A DNA stretch of 64,000 nucleotides. It comes from Nemertoderma westbladi (Eukaryota > Animalia > Xenacoelomorpha). The number at the start of each line of letters is the position of its first letter. The stretch's first letter is position 1. The notes under the pieces are model-generated. The model was not told the origin of the DNA. It saw nothing but the letters and a program-made list of their open reading frames with translations, and did not search any database. The DNA lies in NCBI GenBank assembly GCA_032718475.1, contig JAUCBJ010001197.1:1-64000 (forward strand). Reading direction: 5' to 3'. This document shows positions 12,401-25,200 of the stretch, in pieces. The position numbers and the translations under genes are program-made.

Positions 12401-15400
12401 TATAGCAACCCAGTACTTATAGCAACCCAGTACTTATAGCAACCCAGTACTTATAGCAACCCAGTACTTATAGCAACCCAATACTTATAGCAACCCAGTA
12501 CTTATAGCAACCCAGTACTTATAGCGACCCAGTACTTATAGCAACCCAGTACTTATAGCAACCCAGTACTTATAGCAACCCAGTACTTATAACTTATAGC
12601 AACCCAGTACTTATAGCAACCCAATACTTATAGCAACCCAATACTTATAGCAACCCAGTACTTATAGCGACCCATTACTTATAGCAACCCAGTACTTATA
12701 GCAACCCAGTACTTATAGCAACCCAGTACTTATAGCAACCCAGTACTTATAGCGACCCCGTACTTATAGCAACCCAGTACTTATAGCAACCCAGTACTTA
12801 TAGCAACCCAGTACTTATAGCAACCCAGTACTTATAGCAACCCAGTACTTATAGCAACCCAGTACTTATAGCAACCCAGTACTTATAGCAACCCAGTACT
12901 TATAGCAACCCAGTACTTATAGCAACCCAGTACTTATAGCAACCCAGTACTTATAGCAACCCAGTACTTATAGCAACCCAGTACTTATAGCGACCCACTT
13001 CTTAAAGCAACCCGGTACTTATAGCAACCCGGTACTTATAGCGACCCCGTACTTATAGCAACCCAGTACATATAGCGACCCCGTACTTATAGCAACCCAG
13101 TACTTATAGCAACCCAATACTTATAGCAACCCAATACTTATAGCAACCCAGTACTTATAGCGACCCATTAATTATAGCAACCCAGTACTTATAGCAACCC
13201 AGTACTTATAGCAACCCAGTACTTATAGCAACCCAGTACTTATAGCGACCCCGTACTTATAGCAACCCAGTACTTATAGCAACCCAGTACTTATAGCAAC
13301 CCAGTACTTATAGCAACCCAGTACTTATAGCAACCCAGTACTTATAGCAACCCAGTACTTATAGCAACCCAGTACTTATAGCAACCCAGTACTTATAGCA
13401 ACCCAGTACTTATAGCAACCCAGTACTTATAGAAACCCAGTACTTATAGCAACCCAGTACTTATAGCAACCCAGTACTTATAGCAACCCAGTACTTACAG
13501 CAACCCAGTACTTATAGCAACCCAGTACTTATAGCGACCCAGTACTTATAGCAACCCAGTACTTATAGCAACCCAGTACTTATAGCAACCCAGTACTTAT
13601 AGCAACCCAGTACTTATAGCAACCCAGTACTTATAGCAACCCAGTACTTATAGCAACCCAATACTTATAGCAACCCAGTACTTATAGCAACCCAGTACTT
13701 ATAGCGACCCAGTATTTATAGCAACCCAGTACTTATAGCAACCCAGTACTTATAGCAACCCAGTACTTATAGCGACCCACTTCTTAAAGCAACCCGGTAC
13801 TTATAGCAACCCGGTACTTATAGCAACCCGGTACTTATAGCAACCCGGTACTTATAGCGACCCCGTACTTATAGCAACCCAGTACTTATAGCGACCCCGT
13901 ACTTATAGCAACCCAGTACTTATAGCAACCCAGTACTTATAGCAACCCAGTACTTATAGCAACCCAATACTTATAGCAACCCAATACTTATAGCAACCCA
14001 GTACTTATAGCAACCCAATACTTATAGCAACCCAATACTTATAGCAACCCAGTACTTATAGCGACCCAGTACTTATAGCAACCCAGTACTTATAGCAACC
14101 CAGTACTTATAGCAACCCAGTACTTATAGCAACCCAGTACTTATAGCAACCCAATACTTATAGCAACCCAATACTTATAGCAACCCAGTACTTATAGCGA
14201 CCCATTACTTATAGCAACCAAGTACTTATAGCAACCCAGTACTTATAGCAACCCAGTACTTATAGCAACCCAGTACTTATAGCAACCCAGTACTTATAGC
14301 AACCCAGTACTTATAGCAACCCAGTACTTATAGCAACCCAGTACTTATAGCAACCCAGTACTTATAGCAACCCAGTACTTATAGCAACCCAGTACTTATA
14401 GCAACCCAGTACTTATAGCAACCCAGTACTTATAGCAACCCAGTACTTATAGCGACCCACTTCTTAAAGCAACCCGGTACTTATAGCAACCCGGTACTTA
14501 TAGCGACCCCGTACTTATAGCAACCCAGTACATATAGCGACCCCGTACTTATAGCAACCCAGTACTTATAGCAACCCAATACTTATAGCAACCCAATACT
14601 TATAGCAACCCAGTACTTATAGCGACCCATTAATTATAGCAACCCAGTACTTATAGCAACCCAGTACTTATAGCAACCCAGTACTTATAGCAACCCAGTA
14701 CTTATAGCGACCCCGTACTTATAGCAACCCAGTACTTATAGCAACCCAGTACTTATAGCAACCCAGTACTTATAGCAACCCAGTACTTATAGCAACCCAG
14801 TACTTATAGCAACCCAGTACTTATAGCAACCCAGTACTTATAGCAACCCAGTACTTATAGCAACCCAGTACTTATAGCAACCCAGTACTTATAGAAACCC
14901 AGTACTTATAGCAACCCAGTACTTATAGCAACCCAGTACTTATAGCAACCCAGTACTTACAGCAACCCAGTACTTATAGCAACCCAGTACTTATAGCGAC
15001 CCAGTACTTATAGCAACCCAGTACTTATAGCAACCCAGTACTTATAGCAACCCAGTACTTATAGCAACCCAGTACTTATAGCAACCCAATACTTATAGCA
15101 ACCCAGTACTTATAGCAACCCAGTACTTATAGCGACCCAGTATTTATAGCAACCCAGTACTTATAGCAACCCAGTACTTATAGCAACCCAGTACTTATAG
15201 CGACCCACTTCTTAAAGCAACCCGGTACTTATAGCAACCCGGTACTTATAGCAACCCGGTACTTATAGCAACCCGGTACTTATAGCGACCCCGTACTTAT
15301 AGCAACCCAGTACTTATAGCGACCCCGTACTTATAGCAACCCAGTACTTATAGCAACCCAGTACTTATAGCAACCCAGTACTTATAGCAACCCAATACTT

Positions 15401-15916
15401 ATAGCAACCCAATACTTATAGCAACCCAGTACTTATAGCAACCCAATACTTATAGCAACCCAATACTTATAGCAACCCAGTACTTATAGCGACCCAGTAC
15501 TTATAGCAACCCAGTACTTATAGCAACCCAGTACTTATAGCAACCCAGTACTTATAGCAACCCAGTACTTATAGCAACCCAATACTTATAGCAACCCAAT
15601 ACTTATAGCAACCCAGTACTTATAGCGACCCATTACTTATAGCAACCAAGTACTTATAGCAACCCAGTACTTATAGCAACCCAGTACTTATAGCAACCCA
15701 GTACTTATAGCGACCCCGTACTTATAGCAACCCAGTACTTATAGCAACCCAGTACTTATAGCAACCCAGTACTTATAGCAACCCAGTACTTATAGCAACC
15801 CAGTACTTATAGCAACCCAGTACTTATAGCAACCCAGTACTTATAGCAACCCAGTACTTATAGAAACCCAGTACTTATAGCAACCCAGTACTTATAGCGA
15901 CCCCGTACTTATAGCA
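9456..15916. repeat. 17-bp satellite, block 2, with a ~1.45-kb internal duplication
   Basis: Same 17-mer. Rare variants (cacttcttaaagc, cattaattatagc) recur 1462 bp (86 x 17) apart. Confidence 0.96.
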
Positions 15917-18900
15917 GTCCAGTCGGGTCCCCCTTCAGACCAGTCGGGTCCCCCTTCAGTCCGGTCGGGTTCCCCAGCGATCCAGCCGGGTCCCCCACCA
16001 GTCCAGTTGGCACCCTCGGCATCTATCGGTCGACCTCTGCCATCCTCCCTGTCCAGTGTTGGACTCACTTCAACAAGTCGAGTCGACTCCGCGGTATGGT
16101 TCAATGAATCCTTGCCCAGGCACCAAATAATAGAGTCAATCAACACAGTGTACAACAGCATAGTACACTGGAGGCCAAACCTATTCCTGGTTCCTCAGGG
16201 GGCCGTGGGTAGAGAATTGGTGGCAGAGATTTCTCGGTTGTTGGCGCTGGCAATCAGTGACAATCCCCTACATGAGGTCGCCCTCACGGCAATGATGATA
16301 TTGCCAGCTCTCCTCTTACAGAAACCGAGTCGGTCTTCCACCACGGCCACACACCGGCACATTCTCCAACGCCGTCTAGTGAGCTGGAGGGAAGCAAAAT
16401 TCGACGAACTCATGGTGGAGGCCAGGGCCATTCAGACACACCTTCCTAAGCGACGACCCCCAGCCTCTCAGGACGTAGCACTCCAGAAGGCGTTCACCCG
16501 CCACATGCTGACTGGGAATATTTCGGCGGCGACGAGAGTTCTTGGACAGTTACACCGCGGTTCTCCACTGAGTCTGAATGACTCATTCACGGACAAAGAT
16601 GGGAAAACCAAGGTGGTCCGGGATGTTCTGCGAGCGAAACATCCTCCAGCGCAGCCCGCAGACGAGTCGACCCTGCTATCGCATTTCCCTGAGGCGCCAC
16701 AGCACCACAGCGTTGTGTTTGAGGCGATCGATGGGAAGCTCATCCTTGGGAGCTTGCTTAGAATGAAGGGAAACGCCGCTGGTCCATCGGGAGTTGATGT
16801 TCAGGGTTGGAAGCACCTCCTTACCCGGTTTCGGACACAGTCTTCCGAGCTGGGTGAGAGGATCGCAGACTTGGCGAAACAACTCGCACAGACCAAGACT
16901 TCTCAGGGGTCTCTATCTGCGCTACTGTCTGCCAGACTTATTGCACTGGACAAAAACCCGGGCGTCAGACCCATAGGGATAGGTGAGGTGTTGCGCCGCG
17001 TCATAGGTAAATCTATCACCCATTGTATCCGTCAGGATCTTGAGTCTGTCGGTGGGAACACCCAACTCTGTCTGGGTCAGAAGGCTGGCATTGAATTCGC
17101 CATCCACAGCCTCACGATGGAGTGGGACTCGGACGACTGTGACGGGGTTCTACAGATAGACGCTACAAATGCCTTCAACGTACTGAACCGTTCGGCTGCC
17201 CTCCACAACATTGGAGTTGTCTGCCCTGCCCTTCTCACCGTAGTCACCAATTGCTACAGCGAACCAGCTCGACTCTTTGTGGGAGGGGAGACGTTGCTCT
17301 CTGAAGAGGGGACCACACAGGGTGACCCCATTGCCATGGCGATGTATGGGTGCTCCATTATGCCACTATTAGCTGAGTTGGGACGTGCAAGCAAGGCCAC
17401 ACAGCGGTGGTATGCGGATGATGGCAATGCGGCAGGAAAACTCACTGACCTACGGGCCTTCCTAGAGGTCGCTACCACAAGGGGTCCTCTCTTCGGCTAC
17501 TTCCCATCCAAGTGTCACCTCACAGTGAAACCAGCAATGTTGGAAGAGGCTGAGATTCTTTTCGCCAATACTGGTGTCACCATCAACACGACAGGCCATG
17601 AGCTACTCGGCGGGGTTGTTGGCACTGAGGAGTATCGCACCACGTTCCTAGAAGAGAAGGCTCAGGAGTTCGCCATGGAAGTGGATCGTCTCGCAGGGGT
17701 GGCAGCAGTGGACCCCCACTGTGCGTACGCGGGCCTCGCGTTTGGCCTTGCCTGTCGGTGGCGGTTCATCACCCGTGTTGTATCCACCGCGCCAGCCCAT
17801 CTCACCCTGTTGGAGGAGGCTGTAAATCGATTCCTTTGCCGTCTCACCGATCGGCCAGCCATCTCAAAAGAGGAACGCCTGTTACTTTCCCTGCCAGTCC
17901 GTGACGGGGGTATCGGCATTCCGGTGCCCACTGACCTGTCACATCAGTATACCAGCTCGCTTCGGGTCTGTGAGCCATTCATCAGCGCCACACCAGATAC
18001 AATGGCGCAGGTCCGGGAGAAACAAACGGAGGTGGTGGGCAGGTTGAAGGTAGAGGCGCTGCTCCAGTCGATGGAAAAGAGAGAGGAAGTGGTGGGAATA
18101 TTATCTCCTCCCCAGCGGCGGCTCCACGGACTGACCACCGAAAAGGGCGCTTCTATCTGGCTCAACACCAAGCCACTCATCCTCCAGGACACCCACCTGG
18201 ACAAGGGTGAATTCAGGGATGCCCTGTGCCTCCGATATGGGTGGATGCCAAAGTCTCTACCGTCTCGTTGTGTCTGTGGGGAGCGATTTTCTCCTACCCA
18301 CGTTCTGTCGTGCCCCACTGGAGGATTTCCTTCCATCAGGCACAACGAGATCCGGGACTTTGTCGCTGATGCTCTGACGGAGGTGTCACATAATGTGGCT
18401 GTGGAGCCAGTCCTCCAACCGCTAACGGGCGAGCAGTTTGAACACCGCAGCACTTCAACGGACCAGCTGGCGAGATTGGACGTCTCAGTGAGCGGCTTCT
18501 GGGGCAATCGGTTCCAGAAGACGTTCCTAGACGTCTCAGTCTTCAATCCACTGGCAGAAACTAATGCTGCCATGTCCCTACCGTCAGCCCACCTTTACCA
18601 TGAAGCGCGGAAGAACCTAAAGTATCAGGAACGAGTGAGGGAGGTGGAACACGCCACCTTCACGCCTCTGATATTCTCCGCGTTTGGTGGTATGGCGCCT
18701 TCAGCCATACATCTGGTGAAGCGGTTGGCGCACCGCCTGGCGGAGAAGAGAGAAACGCGGTATGCGGAGTGCATCACATGGGTTCGGCGAAAGTTGAACT
18801 TCGCGTTGTTGCGGTCGGCCCTCATGTGTCTCCGTGGACACCGGTCGGCTGCTAGACGACCCATTCGCTGCACAAATTCAGTTGCAGACATAGCCATTGT

Positions 18901-18934
18901 GCATGCGAATGCGGATGTTGCCCCACCGCCGTAG
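15917..18934 (+). CDS. CRE-like polyprotein fragment: RT, zinc-binding motif and RLE endonuclease
   Basis: Motifs LIALDKNPGVRPIGIGEVLRR, DATNAFN, EGTTQGDP, WYADD, CVCG..HVLSC, RHNEIRD, ARLDV..FLDV and E..K..KY. The frame is open upstream of 16007 to the junction (VQSGPPSDQSGPPS...), so there is no true start codon. Confidence 0.88.
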   Translation, partial: VQSGPPSDQSGPPSVRSGSPAIQPGPPPVQLAPSASIGRPLPSSLSSVGLTSTSRVDSAVWFNESLPRHQIIESINTVYNSIVHWRPNLFLVPQGAVGRELVAEISRLLALAISDNPLHEVALTAMMILPALLLQKPSRSSTTATHRHILQRRLVSWREAKFDELMVEARAIQTHLPKRRPPASQDVALQKAFTRHMLTGNISAATRVLGQLHRGSPLSLNDSFTDKDGKTKVVRDVLRAKHPPAQPADESTLLSHFPEAPQHHSVVFEAIDGKLILGSLLRMKGNAAGPSGVDVQGWKHLLTRFRTQSSELGERIADLAKQLAQTKTSQGSLSALLSARLIALDKNPGVRPIGIGEVLRRVIGKSITHCIRQDLESVGGNTQLCLGQKAGIEFAIHSLTMEWDSDDCDGVLQIDATNAFNVLNRSAALHNIGVVCPALLTVVTNCYSEPARLFVGGETLLSEEGTTQGDPIAMAMYGCSIMPLLAELGRASKATQRWYADDGNAAGKLTDLRAFLEVATTRGPLFGYFPSKCHLTVKPAMLEEAEILFANTGVTINTTGHELLGGVVGTEEYRTTFLEEKAQEFAMEVDRLAGVAAVDPHCAYAGLAFGLACRWRFITRVVSTAPAHLTLLEEAVNRFLCRLTDRPAISKEERLLLSLPVRDGGIGIPVPTDLSHQYTSSLRVCEPFISATPDTMAQVREKQTEVVGRLKVEALLQSMEKREEVVGILSPPQRRLHGLTTEKGASIWLNTKPLILQDTHLDKGEFRDALCLRYGWMPKSLPSRCVCGERFSPTHVLSCPTGGFPSIRHNEIRDFVADALTEVSHNVAVEPVLQPLTGEQFEHRSTSTDQLARLDVSVSGFWGNRFQKTFLDVSVFNPLAETNAAMSLPSAHLYHEARKNLKYQERVREVEHATFTPLIFSAFGGMAPSAIHLVKRLAHRLAEKRETRYAECITWVRRKLNFALLRSALMCLRGHRSAARRPIRCTNSVADIAIVHANADVAPPP

Positions 18935-19099
18935 ACCACAACGAGTGCAGACAAGACCGCGAAGAAACTGATGTTAATGATTTTTTTTTGTGTGTAACTC
19001 TATATATAATTTTTGTTCTCGTAATAATTTTCAACTATGTGAATTTGTTATATTTATTAGCTAGTAAATAAATTTACTTTTGTACCATTAAAAAAAAAG
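15917..19099 (+). mobile_element. 5'-truncated CRE-clade (RT plus restriction-like endonuclease) non-LTR retrotransposon
   Basis: Single ORF, ~150-bp AT-rich 3' UTR, AATAAA at 19067-19072 and a poly(A) tail at 19090-19098. Flanked by a duplicated acttatagc (15907-15915 and 19100-19108). Confidence 0.88.
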
Positions 19100-22000
19100 A
19101 CTTATAGCGACCCAGTACTTATAGCAACCCAGTACTTATAGCAACCCAGTACTTATAGCAACCCAGTACTTATAGCGACCCAGTACTTATAGCAACCCAG
19201 TACTTATAGCAACCCAGTACTAATAGCAACCCAGTACTTATAGCGACCCAGTACTTATAGCAACCCAGTACTTATAGCAACCCAGTACTTATAGCGACCC
19301 AGTACTTATAGCAACCCAGTACTTATAGCGACCCAGTACTTATAGCAACCCAGTACTTATAGCAACCCAGTACTTATAGCAACCCAGTACTTATAGCGAC
19401 CCAGTACTTATAGCAACCCATTACTTATAGCAACCCAGTACTTGTAGCAACCCAGTACTTATAGCGACCCAGTACTTATAGCAACCCAGTACTTATAGCA
19501 ACCCAGTACTTATAGCGACCCAGTACTTATAGCAACCCAATACTTATAGCGACCCAGTACTTATAGCAACCCCGTACTTATAGCAACCCAGTACTTATAG
19601 CGACCCAGTACTTATAGCAACCCAGTACTTATAGCAACCCAGTACTTATAGCAACCCAGTACTTATAGCAACCAAGTACTTATAGCAACCCAGTACTTAT
19701 GGCAACCCAGTACTTATAGCAACCCAGTACTTATAGCAACCCAGTACTTATAGCAACCCAGTACTTATAGCAACCCAGTACTTATAGCAACCCAGTACTT
19801 ATAGCGACCCAGTACTTATAGCAACCCAGTACTTATAGCAACCCAGTACTAATAGCAACCCAGTACTTATAGCAACCCAGTACTTATAGCAACCCAGTAC
19901 TTATAGCAACCCAGTACTTATAGCAACCCAGTACTTATAGCGACCCAGTACTTATAGCAACCCAGTACTTATAGCGACCCAGTACTTATAGCAACCCAGT
20001 ACTTATAGCAAACCAGTACTTATAGCAACCCAGTACTTATAGCAACTCAGTACTTATAGCAACCCAGTACTTATAGCAACCCAGTACTTATAGCGACCCA
20101 GTACTTATAGCAACCCAGTACTTATAGCAACCCAGTACTTATAGCAACCCAGTACTTATAATAACCAAGTACTTATAGCAACCCAGTACTTATAGCAACC
20201 CAGTACTTATAGCAACCCAGTACTTATAGCAACCCAGTATTTATAGCAACCCTGTACTTATAGCAACCCAGTACTTATAGCAACCCAGTACTTATAGCAA
20301 CCCAGTACTTATAGCTACCCAGTACTTATAGCAACCCAGTACTTATAGCAACCCAGTACTTATAGCAACCCAGTACTTATAGCAACCCAGTACTTATAGC
20401 AACCCAGTACTTATAGCAACCCAGTACTTATAGCAACTCAGTACTTATAGCAAACCTGTACTTATAGCAACCCAGTACTTATAGCGACCCAGTACTTATA
20501 GCAACCCAGTACTTATAGCAACCCAGTACTTATAGCAACCCAGTACTTATAATAACCAAGTACTTATAGCAACCCAGTACTTATAGCAACCCAGTACTTA
20601 TAGCAACCCAGTACTTATAGCAACCCAGTACTTATAGCAACCCAGTACTTATAGCAACCCAGTACTTATAATAACCAAGTACTTATAGCAACCCAGTACT
20701 TATAGCAACCCAGTACTTATAGCAACCCAGTACTTATAATAACCAAGTACTTATAGCAACCCAGTACTTATAATAACCAAGTACTTATAGCAACCCAGTA
20801 CTTATAGCAACCCAGTACTTATAGCAACCCAGTACTTATAGCAACCCAGTACTTATAGCAACCCAGTACTTATAGCAACCCAGTACTTATAATAACCAAG
20901 TACTTATAGCAACCCAGTACTTATAGCAACCCAGTACTTATAGCAACCCAGTACTTATAGCAACCCAGTACTTATAGCAACCCAGTACTTATAGCAACCC
21001 AGTACTTATAATAACCAAGTACTTATAGCAACCCAGTACTTATAGCAACCCAGTACTTATAATAACCAAGTACTTATAGCAACCCAGTACTTATAGCAAC
21101 CCAGTACTTATAGCGACCCAGTACTTATAGCAACCCAGTACTTATAGCAACCCAGTACTTATAGCAACCCAGTACTTATAGCAACTCAGTACTTATAGCA
21201 ACCCAGTACTTATAGCAACCCAGTACTTATAGCAACCCAGTACTTATAGCAACGCAGTACTTATAGCAACCCAGTACTTATAATAACCAAGTACTTATAG
21301 CAACCCAGTACTTATAGCAACCCAGTACTTATAGCAACCCAGTACTTATAGCAACCCAGTACTTATAGCAACCCTGTACTTATAGCAACCCAGTACTTAT
21401 AGCAACCCAGTACTTATAGCAACCCAGTACTTATAGCGACCCAGTACTTATAGCAACCCAGTACTTATAGCAACCCAGTACTTATAGCAACCCAGTACTT
21501 ATAGCAACTCAGTACTTATAGCAACCCAGTACTTATAGCAACCCAGTACTTATAGCAACCCAGTACTTATAGCAACCCAGTACTTATAGCAACTCAGTAC
21601 TTATAGCAACCCTGTACTTATAGCAACCCAGTACTTATAGCGACCCAGTACTTATAGCGACCCAGTACTTATAGCAACCCAGTACTTATAGCAACCCAGT
21701 ACTTATAGCAGCCCAGTACTTATAGCAACTCAGTACTTATAGCAACCCAGTACTTATAGCAACCCAGTACTTATAGCAACCCAGTACTTATAGCAACCCA
21801 GTACTTATAATAACCAAGTACTTATAGCAACCCAGTACTTATAGCAACCCAGTACTTATAGCAACCCAGTACTTATAGCAACCCAGTACTTATAGCAACC
21901 CTGTACTTATAGCAACCCAGTACTTATAGCAACCCAGTACTTATAGCAACCCAGTACTTATAGCAACCCAGTACTTATAGCAACCCAGTACTTATAGCAA

Positions 22001-22298
22001 CCCAGTATTTATAGCGACCCAGTACTTATAGCAACTCAGTACTTATAGCGACCCAGTACTTATAGCGACCCGGTACTTATAGCAACCCAGTACTTATAGC
22101 AACCCTGTACTTATAGCAACCCAGTACTTATAGCAACCCAGTACTTATAGCGACCCAGTACTTATAGCAACCCAGTACTTATAGTGACCCAGTACTTATA
22201 GCAACCCAGTACTTATAGCGACCCAGTACTTATAGCGACCCAGTACTTCTAGCGACCCAGTACTTATAGCAACCCGGTACTTATAGCAACCCAGTACT
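19100..22298. repeat. 17-bp satellite, block 3
   Basis: Same 17-mer with block-specific variants (ataaccaag, aactcag, accctgta). Confidence 0.96.
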
Positions 22299-25200
22299 AC
22301 TACACATAAAATCTAAAGTCACCTAATCGTGTTGGAAAACTACTCCACATAAAATCTAAAGTTACCCAATCGTGTTGGAAAACTAATCCACATAAAATCC
22401 AAAGACACCCAATCGTGTTGGAAAACTACTCCACATAAAATCCAAAGTCACCCAATCGTGTTGGAAAACTATTCCACATAAAATCTAAAGTCACCCAATC
22501 GTGTTGGAAAACTACTCCACATAAAATCCAAAGTTACCCAATCGTGTTGGAAAACTATTCCACATAAAATCTAAAGTCACCCAATCGTGTTGGAAAACTA
22601 CTCCACATAAAATCCAAAGACACCCAATCGTGTTGGAAAACTACTCCACATAAAATCCAAAGTCACCCAATCGTGTTGGAAACCTATTCCACATAAAATC
22701 TAAAGTCAATCATGTTGGAAAACTACTCCACATAAAATCTAAAGTCACCCAATCGTGTTGGAAAACTACTCCACATAAAATCCAAAGTTACCCAATCGTG
22801 TTGGAAAACTATTCCACATAAAATCTAAAGTCACCCAATCGTGTTGGAAAACTACTCCACATACAATCCAAAGTCACCCAATCGTGTTGAAAAACTACTC
22901 CACATAAAATCTAAAGTCACCCAATCGTGTTGGAAAACTAGTCCACATAAAATCTAAAGTCAATCATGTTGGAAAACTACTCCACATAAAATCTAAAGTC
23001 ACCCAATCGTGTTGGAAAACTACTCCACATAAAATCTAAAGTCGCCCAATCGTGTTGGAAAACTATTCCACATAAAATCTAAAGTCAATCATGTTGGAAA
23101 GCTACTCCACATATAATCTAAAGTCACCCAATCGTTTTGGAAAACTACTCCACATAAAATCTAAAGTCCATCATGTTGGAAAACTGCTCCACATAAAATC
23201 TAAAGTCACCCAATCGTGTTGGAAAACTACTCCACATAAAATCCAAAGTCACCCAATCGTGTTGGAAAACTACTCCACATAAAATCCAAAGTTACCCAAT
23301 CGTGTTGGAAAACTACTCCACATAAAATCTAAAGTCACCCAATCGTGTTGGAAAACTAGTCCACATAAAATCTAAAGTCAATCATGTTGGAAAACTACTC
23401 CACATAAAATCTAAAGTCACCCAATCGTGTTGGAAAACTACTCCACATAAAATCTAAAGTCGCCCAATCGTGTTGGAAAACTATTCCACATAAAATCTAA
23501 AGTCAATCATGTTGGAAAGCTACTCCACATATAATCTAAAGTCACCCAATCGTTTTGGAAAACTACTCCACATAAAATCTAAAGTCCATCATGTTGGAAA
23601 ACTGCTCCACATAAAATCTAAAGTCACCCAATCGTGTTGGAAAACTACTCCACATAAAATCCAAAGTCACCCAATCGTGTTGGAAAACTACTCCACATAA
23701 AATCTAAAGTCACCCAATCGTGTTGGAAAACTACTCCACATAAAATCCAAAGTTACCCAATCGTGTTGGAAAACTATTCCACATAAAATCTAAAGTCACC
23801 CAATCGTGTTGGAAAACTACTCCACATACAATCCAAAGTCACCCAATCGTGTTGAAAAACTACTCCACATAAAATCTAAAGTCACCCGATCGTGTTGGAA
23901 AACTAGTCCACATAAAATCTAAAGTCAATCATGTTGGAAAACTACTCCACATAAAATCTAAAGTCACCCAATCGTGTTGGAAAACTACTCCACATAAAAT
24001 CTAAAGTCGCCCAATCGTGTTGGAAAACTATTCCACATAAAATCTAAAGTCAATCATGTTGGAAAGCTACTCCACATATAATCTAAAGTCACCCAATCGT
24101 TTTGGAAAACTACTCCACATAAAATCTAAAGTCCATCATGTTGGAAAACTGCTCCACATAAAATCTAAAGTCACCCAATCGTGTTGGAAAACTACTCCAC
24201 ATAAAATCCAAAGTCACCCAATCATGTTGGAAAACTACTCCACATAAAATCCAAAGTCACCCAATCGTGTTGGAAAACTACTCCACATAAAATCCAAACT
24301 CACCCAATCGTGTTGGAAAACTACTCCACATAAAATCTAAAGTCACCCAATCGTGTTGGAAAACTACTCCACATAAAATCTAAAGTCACCCAATCGTGTT
24401 GGAAAACTACTCCACATAAAATCCAAAGTCACCCAATCGTGTTGGAAAACTATTCCACATAAAATCTAAAGTCACCCAATCGTGTTGGAAAACTACTCCA
24501 CATAAAATCTAAAGTCACCCAATCGTGTTGGAAAACTATTCCACATAAAATCTAAAGTCACCCAATCGTGTTGGAAAACTACTCCATATAAAATCCAAAG
24601 TCACCCAATCGTGTTGAAAAACTACTCCACATAAAATCCAAAGTCACCCAATCGTGTTGGAAAACTATTCCACATAAAATCAAAGTCACCCAATCGTGTT
24701 GGAAAACTATTCCACATAAAATCTAAAGTCACCCAATCGTGTTGGAAAACTAGTCCACATAAAATCTAAAGTCAATCATGTTGGAAAACTACTCCACATA
24801 AAATCTAAAGTCACCCAATCGTGTTGGAAAACTACTCCACATAAAATCTAAAGTCACCCAATCGTGTTGGAAAACTATTCCACATAAAATCTAAAGTCAA
24901 TCATGTTGGAAAGCTACTCCACATATAATCTAAAGTCACCCAATCGTTTTGGAAAACTACTCCACATAAAATCTAAAGTCCATCATGTTGGAAAACTGCT
25001 CCACATAAAATCTAAAGTCACCCAATCGTGTTGGAAAACTACTCCACATAAAATCCAAAGTCACCCAATCATGTTGGAAAACTACTCCACATAAAATCTA
25101 AAGTCACCCAATCGTGTTGGAAAACTACTCCACATAAAATCCAAAGTCACCCAATCGTGTTGGAAAACTACTCCACATAAAATCCAAACTCACCCAATCA

